Of a stretch of DNA of 64,000 nt, positions 1 through 11,300 are shown in pieces; the stretch's first letter is position 1; every line of letters starts with the position of its first letter. The notes under the pieces were generated by a model. That model did not search any database, had not been told where the DNA came from, and saw nothing but the letters and a program-made list of their open reading frames with translations. Origin of the DNA: Camelus dromedarius (Eukaryota); NCBI RefSeq assembly GCF_036321535.1, contig NC_087438.1, positions 6,574,001 through 6,638,000 on the forward strand, given 5' to 3'. A program made the translations under genes and the position numbers.

Positions 1-42
1 AATCGTTGGCTTCTTCATTTCCCATTTAGGTGTCCGACTTAC

Positions 43-137
43 CAAGGAGGGACGGGGTGGAGCGTTTCCTCGACCATGTATCACACAAAGGACCCGCAGC
101 CTCTCAGGCCAGCCAGCCCAACTCTCACACACCAACG
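43..137 (-). other. FOXP1: Spliced internal exon (95 nt), most likely a non-coding 5'-UTR exon of FOXP1
   Basis: Seen: on the minus strand a long polypyrimidine tract and acceptor CCCTCTCTCTTTTCTTTTGTTTTTTTGCAG|CGTTGG (AG at 139-138), and donor CCTTG|GTAAGT (42-37). Two of three frames contain stops; the open frame resembles no protein I know. The gene identity is recalled: the sequence (..GGAAACGCTCCACCCCGTC.CTCCTTG) and 95-nt length match my memory of a human FOXP1 5'-UTR exon. Not verified by search. Confidence 0.7.
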
Positions 138-3100
138 CTGCAAAAAAACAAAAGAAAAGAGAGAGGGAAGATCCTATTAACCCACTTTAAAACAGGCCGT
201 AATCATTGCTCATCGATTCTGGAAAGTTCCATTAATGGCCTGCACAACCAGCACAACCTGCTTTAGCAACATGAGACTTAGCACAGAGTGACCCAGAACA
301 GCTTGAATCACAAACATGACAGCCCTAGCTTAGCATCCCGTGCACCAAAGGACTTCTTTCTTCAGAAAAGAAGGAATAAACATTCAACTGTTATTAACAT
401 ATGGGAACAAATCTCATGAAACAACCGAAGGACCATCATTTCAAACCTACCTGAATGACCTCAAGCAGTCTGCACATCAAGCACAGACGGGTCTCGTGAA
501 TGTACCCATTTTACGACGGCTCTTTCATTCTGCTTTGGGGAACCTTAAGTAATGCATTTCAAAGACAGGGGACAGAGGCAGAAGGTGTAGAAGAAACTAC
601 ACCAGAAATTAGAGTTTGTGTTTTTATTTACATAGTAATTGATTTGGTGCACAATTTGAGACTTTATTTTTAAAAAATGAATTGTAAACCATAAAAAAAA
701 CCTCACTTTACTAAAACCAAGTAAAGCTTTGTAATCTCCTCATTCGATGTAACATTAAAAATCCTGAAAACTTGGTATCATAAAGGGATAAAAGACTACT
801 GCAAAACACAGCCTCCCTAGCACCACGGATGCCAGAAATGGAAGAAATGGGTTACTTTCCATTTCTCATTCATAAAAGAAATCTGTCCATTACTAGTGGA
901 GGATGCCTGTTACTTCAAATACTGTACTCTGGGCTCATGTTTTTTCCGTTGTCTTAGTTCGTAGAGTTTCTTTCTGCTCTCTGTGCTGCACTCCGCAGAC
1001 TCTGGCTGCTGTAAACCTCAAACACACTACGTTGCCTATCCCAACACAAACACTTGGGCAGCAGCTAAGCATGACGACAAGAAAAGGGGGAGAAGAACTT
1101 CCCAGAACATTCCAGAACATTCTGGCTATTCCTCTATGCAATGACTCCCACACTATCTACTTAGTAATTATCTAAAAGCCATCTGCCTGTGGAAAATAAA
1201 CTGACTTCCAGCAGCTGGAAATTTATGCAATTTTCTATCTACTGAAATGCCTTTTGAAAGTCCTAAGGTTCAAAGGAGGCCAGAGGGCGGTGGCTAGGTG
1301 ACACCGTCTCTCCGTGAGGCTCCCTGCTTTGGGCAGTTCATGGGGAGCGAGGGGGCAACCCAAAGCAGCATATTCAGAGTCACCGGGAAGGAGCCCCCAG
1401 CCCAGGTGCACTCACGCACGGCAGCGTTGCCAACCCCAAGGAGGTCCCAGCGGAGTCTTTGAAAGTCTGTGACTTCATCCTTTGGAAAAGAGGAGGTGCA
1501 GATGCAAATCCTTGAGGCCAAAAGAGGAGTGAGGGAGCTCTCCCCAAGGTAAGAAGGCAGACTCAGCCCAGGAAAAATTCCTAGGAGCGGCCAATTCCTT
1601 TCTCACGACACCAATAACATCTCCTTCGGGTGTGGCAACAAATATGTTGGTTGGGACTTCTTTATTAAACAGCATGTTTGAATACAACAACTTCCTGTCT
1701 TGAGTCCTAAAATCTATTTTACAGTTAGTACTAAAACTTCTTTGGATTTGTTTATCTCTTAATTAAAATTTAACTAATAAACTTGGACAGACCCAGTGTT
1801 TACTGCCATGAATACCTGGCAATTCCTACAGACTCGTTTGTGTCAGAATTAAATTACAAACAGGGCTGATAATTAGGTATGGAGGCTGAGCTCTCCCATC
1901 CTCCCTCAGTGAGGTCATAAATTAGCTAACGTGGCCCCTTAGCTGGGACGTGCTACAGTCAGGCCTACGGAGAATGGCCATCCTCTTAAACTACAAAGGA
2001 GACCAAGGCCAAAAAGGCCACTTTAAGAATTCAGAATCGTTGACACAACCACACAACAAACACTGCAGGAAAAGAGCACACCTGCTGAACCCAGGCAGGG
2101 ACAGCCTGCATCCTGGACAGCCAGACCAGCCTTCAGACTTTAAAACGAGCCCCTTCCTTGTGAAAAAGCAACATTCAAGGGACAGATCACCTATACGGAG
2201 TTCACAAGGCTTGGGGGACAGCAGAACTCCCTTTAGAATCTGAAATTTAAATCGGAAACCAGTTCTAGCAGCAGAATTCAGGGACCTACACCCCGAAAGG
2301 TTTTAACAATGCCTGTGTTTACATCAACGGTGAAGAAGACATTGTACCCCCACCCCAGCCCATGACAGCCAAGCAAATGGCATCAGGACTTACTCCTCTG
2401 CAGGGTCAATCCTTGCCTGAGTAGGTGCACCACCCTGTAAGGGAATATACCCCGTTCAACACGACACCCACGTGTGCCCAGGGGCGTGGGCTCAGTGACC
2501 TCGCACGGGCACTTAGCTGAAGCCACAGACGCCGGGCCCCTCAGGTCCAGTCCGAGCGCCCCCATCTTCCCCGAGGGAGGTCTTAAATTAGCTGTTGTAT
2601 AGACCATAAGTCACTGCCATACTTTCTAGAAAACTAAGAAAAAATTCTAAAGGTAAAGGCCCTACAAAGCCCCAGAAGAATATCACAGATGGGAGGTCAG
2701 AATATTTCAAAGGGGATATTTAATAGCCCATTAAATAAGAAAGTGCTTTTGTTTTATTAATACATAAATGCCCCGCTGGACTCAATTCCATGCCATCCTT
2801 ATTTTCTGTTTTAGTTTAGAGTCAACTTCAGTAGAAACGAGGCCTGAGTCCTCTGCCTCCTGGTTCTCAATTGGAGCCTCGTCCTGGAGGAAACACAGGT
2901 GCAGAACGAGCCCTACCCTATTCTGATTTACAAACAATAAACCTTTCCTAGGACTTGTGCCCGTAGCCACCTTTCAGAGGCTCTTAACATTGTCTCTGAA
3001 ACAAAAGGCACACAGAAAATTTAAACGTCAATTAGTACTAAGATGCTTTTCCATAAAATATGCAACTCTCCCCTGCCCAGGCTACTTAGAATGAGAGAAA

Positions 3101-3519
3101 AAAAAAAAAAAAAGGTGGATTTAAACATTCTCCTAGAAACCAAAGGTCAGCTGAGCAGTGTGGCCTTTATCCTACAGATACAAGAGAAATTAAAACTTCA
3201 GGCCAGTCTTAAGAGCTTCATTTAGAAATCGTACCACAGTAACATCACAAGAAATAAAAATGAAAATGGGCAAAACCGCCTGGCATCATAAAGATGTCTC
3301 GTGGAGACATGGAAAGAAACCCCACAGAACGCAGGCTCAGAAGACCTACAAGCTGTTGGGCTATGGTTTCCCAAAAAGCAAGAGTTTGACAGCATCCGTG
3401 GGGCTTACCTGAGACACATCCCAACATCCGCAGATCAGTCAGCAAACCACCATACACAGCACATCCCGCCCTGGTCAGCGTGGCAGGTGGTTCAGAGACA
3501 AAGCAGGAACTGGTTATGT

Positions 3520-3780
3520 TCTCAGGAGCCCACACAAGACACTGCACGATCTGTCTGCTACACAATTCAGTAAACAGTATGAACGTGGAGGAAAAGAGGT
3601 TACTTCCAGGTAAAAGAGTCAAGGAAAGCTTCCTGGAAGAAGAGGACTGTGATCTGGGCTTTGGGGGGTGGGTAGGATATTGAAAGAGATGATGAAGTGG
3701 ATTTGAGCGGGGAGCATTACAAGTGAAGCAAATGGTAGATCAGGCAGGAATTCCCCGAGAATCCTCAGACGGAACGAAGA
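3520..3780 (-). mobile_element. L2 LINE fragment (ancient, degenerate)
   Basis: Purine-rich stretch AGTCAAGGAAAGCTTCCTGGAAGAAGAGGACTGTGATCTGGGCTTTG resembles antisense L2 3' region. Boundaries approximate. Confidence 0.55.
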
Positions 3781-5454
3781 GCCATTTTAGGCAGAGCCAC
3801 GCAGTTGGAACATGAATGTCTGATACCATACTTGGGGTGGAGTGAACTGATGGAAACCCCAGCCGTGGGGCCACTGCAGACAGGCGTTTACGGGAGTGCA
3901 GGCTGACCTGCAACAGGTGAAGCAAAGCATCTCCGTTGAGGTGGGGAGTCAGGACTGGAGGGCAGTGAGGATTACAGGTGGAAAGCTGGCCTTGTGCTCA
4001 AGCTTGTGGAGGGAAACATGGAAGCAAACTAGAGAACGGGTTCCAGGTGGGAGGCTGAGGAGCAGGGCAGGGCGGCACCAAGACTGTGTTTACCAGCTGG
4101 GGAGCTTGCAAGACCGTCCATCTGAAAGGCCACCTCCGTGCATGGCTAAGTGGGAGGAAGGCTTAAAGGAGCAGCGCCAAGGAGCTAACAGACTAGAAAA
4201 GTGGACAATTAGGGACAATTAGCATGAAAAAGAGATGTGACTTCATCCAAAGGAGGGAGGAGCCATTGGAGGCTCAGTAAAATGCCAGGAAGAGAGTGAA
4301 CTGAGGAGAATCAATACGGCAGAGATCACCAAGAAGAAGCTGCCACAGGAGAATTCTAGATTTTAAAATATTTTTTTAAAGACTATAAATCGTAGCCCAT
4401 TTCTGCAAAACACCAGTCGTATGGAAACATCAGTCTAGAAACTGAGTATGTACCAGTGAGGAATGAATGTCTCTGAACTTAAGACATTCTCTCACTAGGA
4501 ATTAAGATACAAAGAAAGTAAAGGATATTGTTGTCCACTCACTGGTCCAAAGCCACTCATGCAGTGGAGAAGCCAAGTCAGAGGTGGGCAGGTTGTCGAA
4601 GAAAGTGGGTTGACCGTCTCTGTACACACCGCTCCCCTTTCTGACACTGTCCCTAGCTTCAGTCTCCCTGCACGAAGTCACCCCTGACAGTCTGTGTGGT
4701 TCCCTTTCAAATACCTGCACCTCGTTGGATGGTGCCTAGAGAAATCAACAGCGGACACTGAGGGTGAAGAAAGACGCTGCCTGACAGTAAGCATCCTGTA
4801 GGTTGGGGATCATCAGAAACCCCCAGGCATTCAGAAAAAAAAAAAAAAGTACCAGCAACAGGAAGGGAGAAGGAGGCACGAAGGCAAAAATGAGGAGAGG
4901 GGGACGGGGAAAGAGGAAAGAAAGACCCTTAGGAAAGCAGGAGGAGGAGGAGAAGTGCATACACAAGGAGCAGGGGCGCTCGGAAAAGGGGCGATGGCCA
5001 AGGACACAAGGGACCACAGGTGGGCTGGGCTCCAGGCAAGAGAGAGGAGGGCAGAGCCTCCCTCCCAGCTGCTCCCACATTCCTCAGCAAGAATCCAGCA
5101 TTCACGAAAACAAACATGAAGACATGGAGCCAGAGGCACGTAAAGCCTGAAGTGACGAACACAGCATGGGGTAAAGGCTGCCTGGATGGGGCCATCCCAG
5201 GGTGTGCGGGGACCAGCCCTCCCTCCACTCCCCGCCCTGGCAGATGCCACCTGTGCCGGGGGCTGGTCCCCCGGGGAAGTTCATCACCCTCTCCACCTCA
5301 GTTATAAGGGCCAATCACTTTACATTCAAGACCAGGATCAGGATTCAAATTTTGAAAACTGCTTTGTTTTTAAGATAGGTCTGTTGAATTGTTCAAAATT
5401 GCTATCTAAATTCTGAACATTATTTGAGATTTTTCTTCTCCTGTTTTTCTCTTT

Positions 5455-5502
5455 TAGTCTTTTTTTTAATTGAAGTATAATTGTTTTACAATGTTGTGTT
5501 AG
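5455..5502 (-). mobile_element. Very short L1 3'-terminal fragment
   Basis: T-run followed by AATTGAAGTATAATTGTTTTACAATGTTGTGTTAG, the reverse complement of an L1 3' end. No clear TSD. Confidence 0.7.
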
Positions 5503-7210
5503 CACGATGATGTGTAAACGCTGAGAGCCGCGTTAGAAAAGGATGAGAGATGGTGGCCCAAGTCTTAGCATTTGCTCTTTTTTGAAAGGTGTTCCTTCCC
5601 CTCGAGCGCTGGCCGGCGAATGGAATCTGCGCTGGACCCCGGTCCATCTCTTTGTTTGCCAACAGTGTCTGAATCAAGGAGCGTTTCCATGGGAGAGCAT
5701 CAGTGCAAACAGCTGTGGCTTTAGACAGAGACCTTACACAAACGTGTGATACAGCAAATGTATGGGGAGAATAAAAGCTAAAAAACCAGACTTGAGAGTT
5801 GTAACTGCACAGCAATGTTGTATCCGAAAAAGCAAATGAATATTCCGCCTTACTTTCCACATCAGCAAAAGCAGGCAGTCAGTCACCCTCCTGCATCGCA
5901 GTTGAGCCCAACGGTATTGATGTATTGAAGATGTACTAAAGGATGACACATACAGTGCCACAGTTGCGTGGAAGGGTCCAGTCCTCAAGGAATTCACCCT
6001 TTGGCTTTCCCCAAATTAGCAATGGTCTCTTTAGTAACCAGCTAATTATGTTCTGTACAAATAATGCCATATTCTGATCAAGACCTTTTAGTAAAAAATC
6101 TCTTTGATAATTATCTCACCTCCATTTAGAAAAGACAAGGCGAAATGTCCCGATTTCCCTTCTTGAAGTCTCTGGCGATCTTAGGGCCAAAGCAGGAACG
6201 CCTGGAGACCAGGCCCAGCGATGGCCAAGGCTTCACAGACAGCACGTCCTCACGTGGGGACACACGACCTTATGTTTGGGTCATTTCATGACACAGTCAC
6301 CTGGCTCTGAGACCAGCAGAGGCAAATTCTATCTCCCCGAACAGAAGAACAGCCACCTCTGAAAGTCGCATCCCAAGATGCACAAGACAGAGACGGACGC
6401 CTCCTGCTTGAGGCCGTCACACCCAGATCCACCCTGAGACCCCTCCCTCCATCAGACAGTGGTCACTGTGAAACCGCATGGTTTAGAAATAGAAGCTGAG
6501 ACCTATGGGAAAGAGAAGGCAGCAACTGGGGATTTCATTTCTCTGAGCGTTGACCAATCCCAGCAACTTTGGGGACTGTTTTCCATTCCATCTTCCTGCA
6601 GATAACCCTTTGGTGAGTATTTAAAGCTGGCAGGAACCGCGGACCCTGGAAGGACTACACCGCTTGAGTCACTGAAATAAAGCTGGTGTAAAAATTACTT
6701 CCTTTTCCTTTCGTCCCACAGCAGACAATGAGAAGTGTTCTGAGCTGCTAGGAGGCATGGGAGCAAAGGGAAAGAAAGTGGCAAAAATGACTTCTTTATT
6801 CAAGCAAACGAGTTGCCCAAAACTAAGCAACAGCTCAAAATGAGCAATTTCTCAAATCGGCTAAGGACGCCAGCGTCTCTGAATAGTCACTACTTTCTTA
6901 TTTCTGCCAAATTTTCAAAGGGCAGCCTCACTTTTCAGGCAGGCAATTTTGAAGCGCTCGCACAAGTGGTTAATTTGCATGGCCAATTGGCCTCTCAGCT
7001 CTCATTCTGACAGCTAAATTGATCTGTCCTTTGTAGACTAGAATCTCAGTACCCAGAAAGAGACTGTCTGAGGCTTTTTGCAAAATGCGGTCTCTCAATT
7101 CCTACTTCTTCAAAACAATGTATCCAGCAAGACTTACTCTGTTAGCAGTAGCTTAGCCACACAGAGATTCAGGATTCAACCCAAGCTCAAAATTCAAGAT
7201 TTAATTCCAA

Positions 7211-7929
7211 GATGTGGAAAACAGTATGGAGATTCCTCAAAAACACTAAAAATAGACTTACCATATGAACCAGCAATCCCACTCCTGGGCGTAAATCCGG
7301 AGGGAACTTTAATTCAAAAAGATACATGCACCCCAGTGTTCACAGCAGCACTAATTACAATAGCTAAGACATGGAAACAACCTAAATGTCCACCAACAGA
7401 TGACTGGGTAAAGAAGCTATGTTATATTTATACAATGGAATAATACTTGTCCATAAAAAGTAATAAAATAATGCCATTTGCAGCAACATGGATGGACCCA
7501 GAGAATGTCATTCTAAGTAAAAAAAAGACAGAAGGAGAAAGAAAAATGCCGTATGATATCACTCACATGCGGAATCTAAAAAAAAAGATAAATGAACTTA
7601 TTTACAAAACAGAAATCGACTCACAGACATAGAGAACAAACTCATGGTCACCAGGAGGGGAAGAGAGTGGGAAGGGATAAATTGGGAGTTTGAGATTTGC
7701 AGATACTGACTACTATATATAAAACAGATAAACACGTTTCTACTGTAGAGCACAGGGAAGTATATTCAACATCTTGCAGTTACCCATAATGACAAAGAAT
7801 ATGAAAACAAAGATATGTATGTATATGCATGACTGAACTATTACTGTACACCGGAAGTTGACATGACATTGTAAACCGGACATACTTCAATAAAAAAACA
7901 AAAATTAAAAAATAAAAATAAATAAATAA
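7211..7929 (+). mobile_element. 5'-truncated L1 (ORF2 C-terminus, 3' UTR, A-tail) with TSD
   Basis: Translates to L1 ORF2 C-terminal motifs LKIDLPYEPAIPLLG..KTWKQPKCP..IMPFAATWMD with an in-frame stop at 7441-7443. AATAAA and A-rich tail at about 7888-7929. TSD AAGATTTAATTCCAA (7196-7210) / AAGATTTAACTCTAA (7930-7944), 13/15 identical. Confidence 0.95.
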
Positions 7930-8262
7930 AAGATTTAACTCTAAAAAAAAGTAATTAATTACTACTGTCATTTAACTTCCGTTAAGGCAAACAGGAGGGC
8001 TTGGGTTCTTAGATCAGCCTTTTGGTCATTACACGGGAAGAGGAAAATATCTACCACAGATTAAACCCACAGCTGACACCAAAGCCTGCCCAGAGTGCAG
8101 CGGAGCCTAGGCGGACAGAGGTCTGACACACGGGCGTGCAGAAGAGGGGATTTACCCCCAGAAAGACGGCAGACTCTGAAATTCACAATGAACTGTCAGT
8201 GAAATGGCGATGAGGTAAATTGCTCAGAAAAATATTTTTCTTAACAAAAAAGCAGATAGAAT

Positions 8263-8305
8263 TTTTTTTAAAGAAGTTTCTGGGTTTTTTTAAAGAAGTT
8301 TCTGG
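8263..8305. repeat. Tandem duplication, 2 x TTTTTTTAAAGAAGTTTCTGG (22-bp period)
   Basis: Identical copies at 8263-8283 and 8285-8305. Confidence 0.9.
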
Positions 8306-11300
8306 CTACAAAGGATGCTCCCTGTCCGATTCAGTAGAAAGAAATGACAAGACGTTCTCCTTTAACTCAGTAAAGGCAATCAGATGAGCACAGCCCCTCG
8401 CCGGCCAGTCCCGTCTGCATGCTGAGCTGTGTCAGTTCTGGGCTCGCCCTGACTTCATTTCTCTTACGCGCCCGGACGCTAATGCTGCCGTTTTACATGG
8501 TGTACGGTAATCTGGGCCAAACAAATTGTGTTTTGACTTAAAAGTCAAACTCTGGTGGTGTATTTTGGCTTACATCCAGCGAATGCTCTGAAACCATTTC
8601 AGAACATTCATTTCTCCAAAGGCCTGAAGAGTAAAAAGACTTCAGTCCTGCTGAAACTGGTCCCAATGACCTGTTGGGTCTTCCATAGTCAAAGGTGGAC
8701 GCCAAGACTGAGAAAGAGGACAGCTCATGTGTTCGTGACAGCATGTGGCCAAGACGCTCAGAGATGCACTGGTTTCGCGGTTTTGAGGCCAGAGAAGGCT
8801 GAACGCTGTATGAATCCCTGGGTCTGTTGCATAACCCAAAATCTAAATCTGTGCTATTTGTCATCCTCTCAGTACAAATGAGTGATAAAAATAAGAAACA
8901 GGCCACTATTCATTGAACCAGATGGCATCTTACCTTCCTGTAAACACGGCTGTTTAGAGTGTTTACACTCGTGGGGGAATAAAAAGATTTTCTCTTCTTT
9001 ACGTTTGGCAATGAGTCATGCCATCCATGTCAGCACAAACGGTACTGAAATTTCCTCCCCACGAAGAACCAGCACCGCCTCAGTGGTGTTTAAAAACAAC
9101 CCCGTCAGCCGCCTTTAATTAGTTAGGAGGCGTGTTGTCCATCCTGCAGCCTCCTATTAAGGAGAAGATGGGGCCAAATTGGACTCGCTAGACAGAACCC
9201 GAAGGCTGGCCACATCCTGAAGCAAACCTGCTGCAGAAGCCACGCTCCTCGGTGTGAGTCACAGACGCTTTCTTCATTGGCTTTGCGACACGCACCCTTA
9301 AAGATTTCAGTCCAGGAGTCTGACTTGAAGGTGTCCCCTCTACCTGTACCCCTCTCCCCGACTTTGACGAGCGACCCCATGGACCTAAAACAGCAAACCT
9401 GGGAGAGGAGTGTTGAATAATCTCGGGAAGTTTCAGAGCTTACTGAACATTAAAGGCACCTCAGTCAATCGCTAAGCACCACATCCAACACCAGCCCTGC
9501 TCCGCTGGACTAACTGGAAAGGAAACGGGGCCAGTCTGAAATGCAGGTGGTGTTTTAGAAAATGGTGTTTCACTGACAAGCTCTGCCAGCACATGTGACA
9601 ACGCAGGGAGCGCGACCCGGGCCAAGCCTGACCCGTGCGAACCCCCAGCGACTGTCTGCCCTGCCCCTCCTCGCTGCCCCCACCGTGCGGTGGGTTTGGG
9701 TTTCCTTTCCCTTAACTGTCAAGAAGACAAGCCTGTCCTCTGTTGGACGAACTGTATTAAACTGACCCACTGACGTGAGTTTGTTTTTTTCTTTTGATTT
9801 TACAGGCTTCTGAGACAGTAACTCCCCTCCTTGTGGTACATATGAAGTTTATTTATGAATCTGAAACCCAAACTCTGTATTTCTTGTCCTTTTAGAGTAT
9901 ATCTTGTTGGCTCGACCGCATCAGTCAAGCCAATCATCTCAGGAGCCATCCTGCATCCCAGCTGGCTCTCTGGGACCTACTCATGTCCCCTGGGTCCCCA
10001 CATGATGCAGGCACCTCTCCTCTGGGACCAGGACACCCAGGGCCCGTCTCTGGCCATCTCCGATCACCTTTAGTTGTTATCCGTTTGCTTCCCCCATCAA
10101 GGGCAGTCATCCTGTCCTATAACTGAATCTCCGGGCCCAGGCTTAGGTAAATGAGTGTGTCCAAGAGGGAAAGCAACAAGGTTTCCTTCATTGTACTTCC
10201 AGGTGGGTGTAAATGACAACAGACCTGGGGCACGAACCCGAAGTCAGCTTCTAGAAACGCTCTTCCAACTCGGCATCACATCGTCCAATCTGACAGCACT
10301 CAAAACCACCCGGAAAAACTGAGTTAGCCAAACCTAGATGGGACCAAGACGCTGCCCCACCCTCCTCCAGGTCTGGAAGGGGCTCAGCGGGTGTTCAGGT
10401 GGGAGGCGGTGAATGGAGTCTGTGCGGGAGGGAAGGGCCCGAGGGAAGGGCCCGAGGAGACAGAGTTGCACCTTCCCGGCTCAGAGGCTCCAGGCTTGCC
10501 CTGATCCCACCTCTACTCAAAATAAAATTCTCCTCTCGCCTCTCTCTAGAAGGATTTCAAGTCTCAGAAGTTTTCCGATGCTGCTCATATAGGTTCACAT
10601 CCCCGTTTTTACATCCTGTTCACGCTCTTGTGAAATCCAGACTTGCCCAGGCTCCCCTGTGCAAACAAGCCGAAACCTCCCTCTTCTTCACCTGGAATAT
10701 ACAAGGGTCCTCCTACAGACTCCCTCGGGAAGCTGCCTCCACCCACCCCAGATCCCCTCTGGGTGTTCAGGGTGTCCCCACAGACAGAAGGCCGCTTGCA
10801 TGAACAGTCAGGGCAGGAGACCAGGGCTGCCCCAGCGGCCAGCAGTGACCAGTCAGGGATGCACCTTCCCTTGGTGACAGAAACATCACCTTGTAACTCA
10901 AACACTCGTGCTGATATTTCCCTCAGTAAACCCATGTTTAACAACTACCAGCAAACTTCTAAGCGAAAGTTTCTCTAATTTCCGATATAATGATCGGCTG
11001 AGCAGGGATGAGTCCTGCGTGATAATTCTGTAGTCACAGATTAAAACAAAATCCACAGTTGCTTCCTCGGTCTCTGTTCTCCCTGTAATCACAGGTTTCA
11101 GGCCCTCCACCTATACAGTGTCCTGAACATACATGACCTTCGGCCGGTGGCGTGTCACCCACACCCCTGCCCTGTCACTGCCATGTCCCTTTTCCCCAGT
11201 GACCTGCAAAGAAAAAAGTTGAAAGGATCTCCCTGTCGCCCTCCAGGTTCCTACGTCACACACAGCTTCAGAAAACACGGGCGTGCTCTGGCCAGCGTGA

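Noticed and set aside
7078..7632. 121-aa and 61-aa ORFs with protein-like sequence
   Set aside because: They are the interrupted C-terminus of L1 ORF2 from a 5'-truncated insertion, not a host gene.
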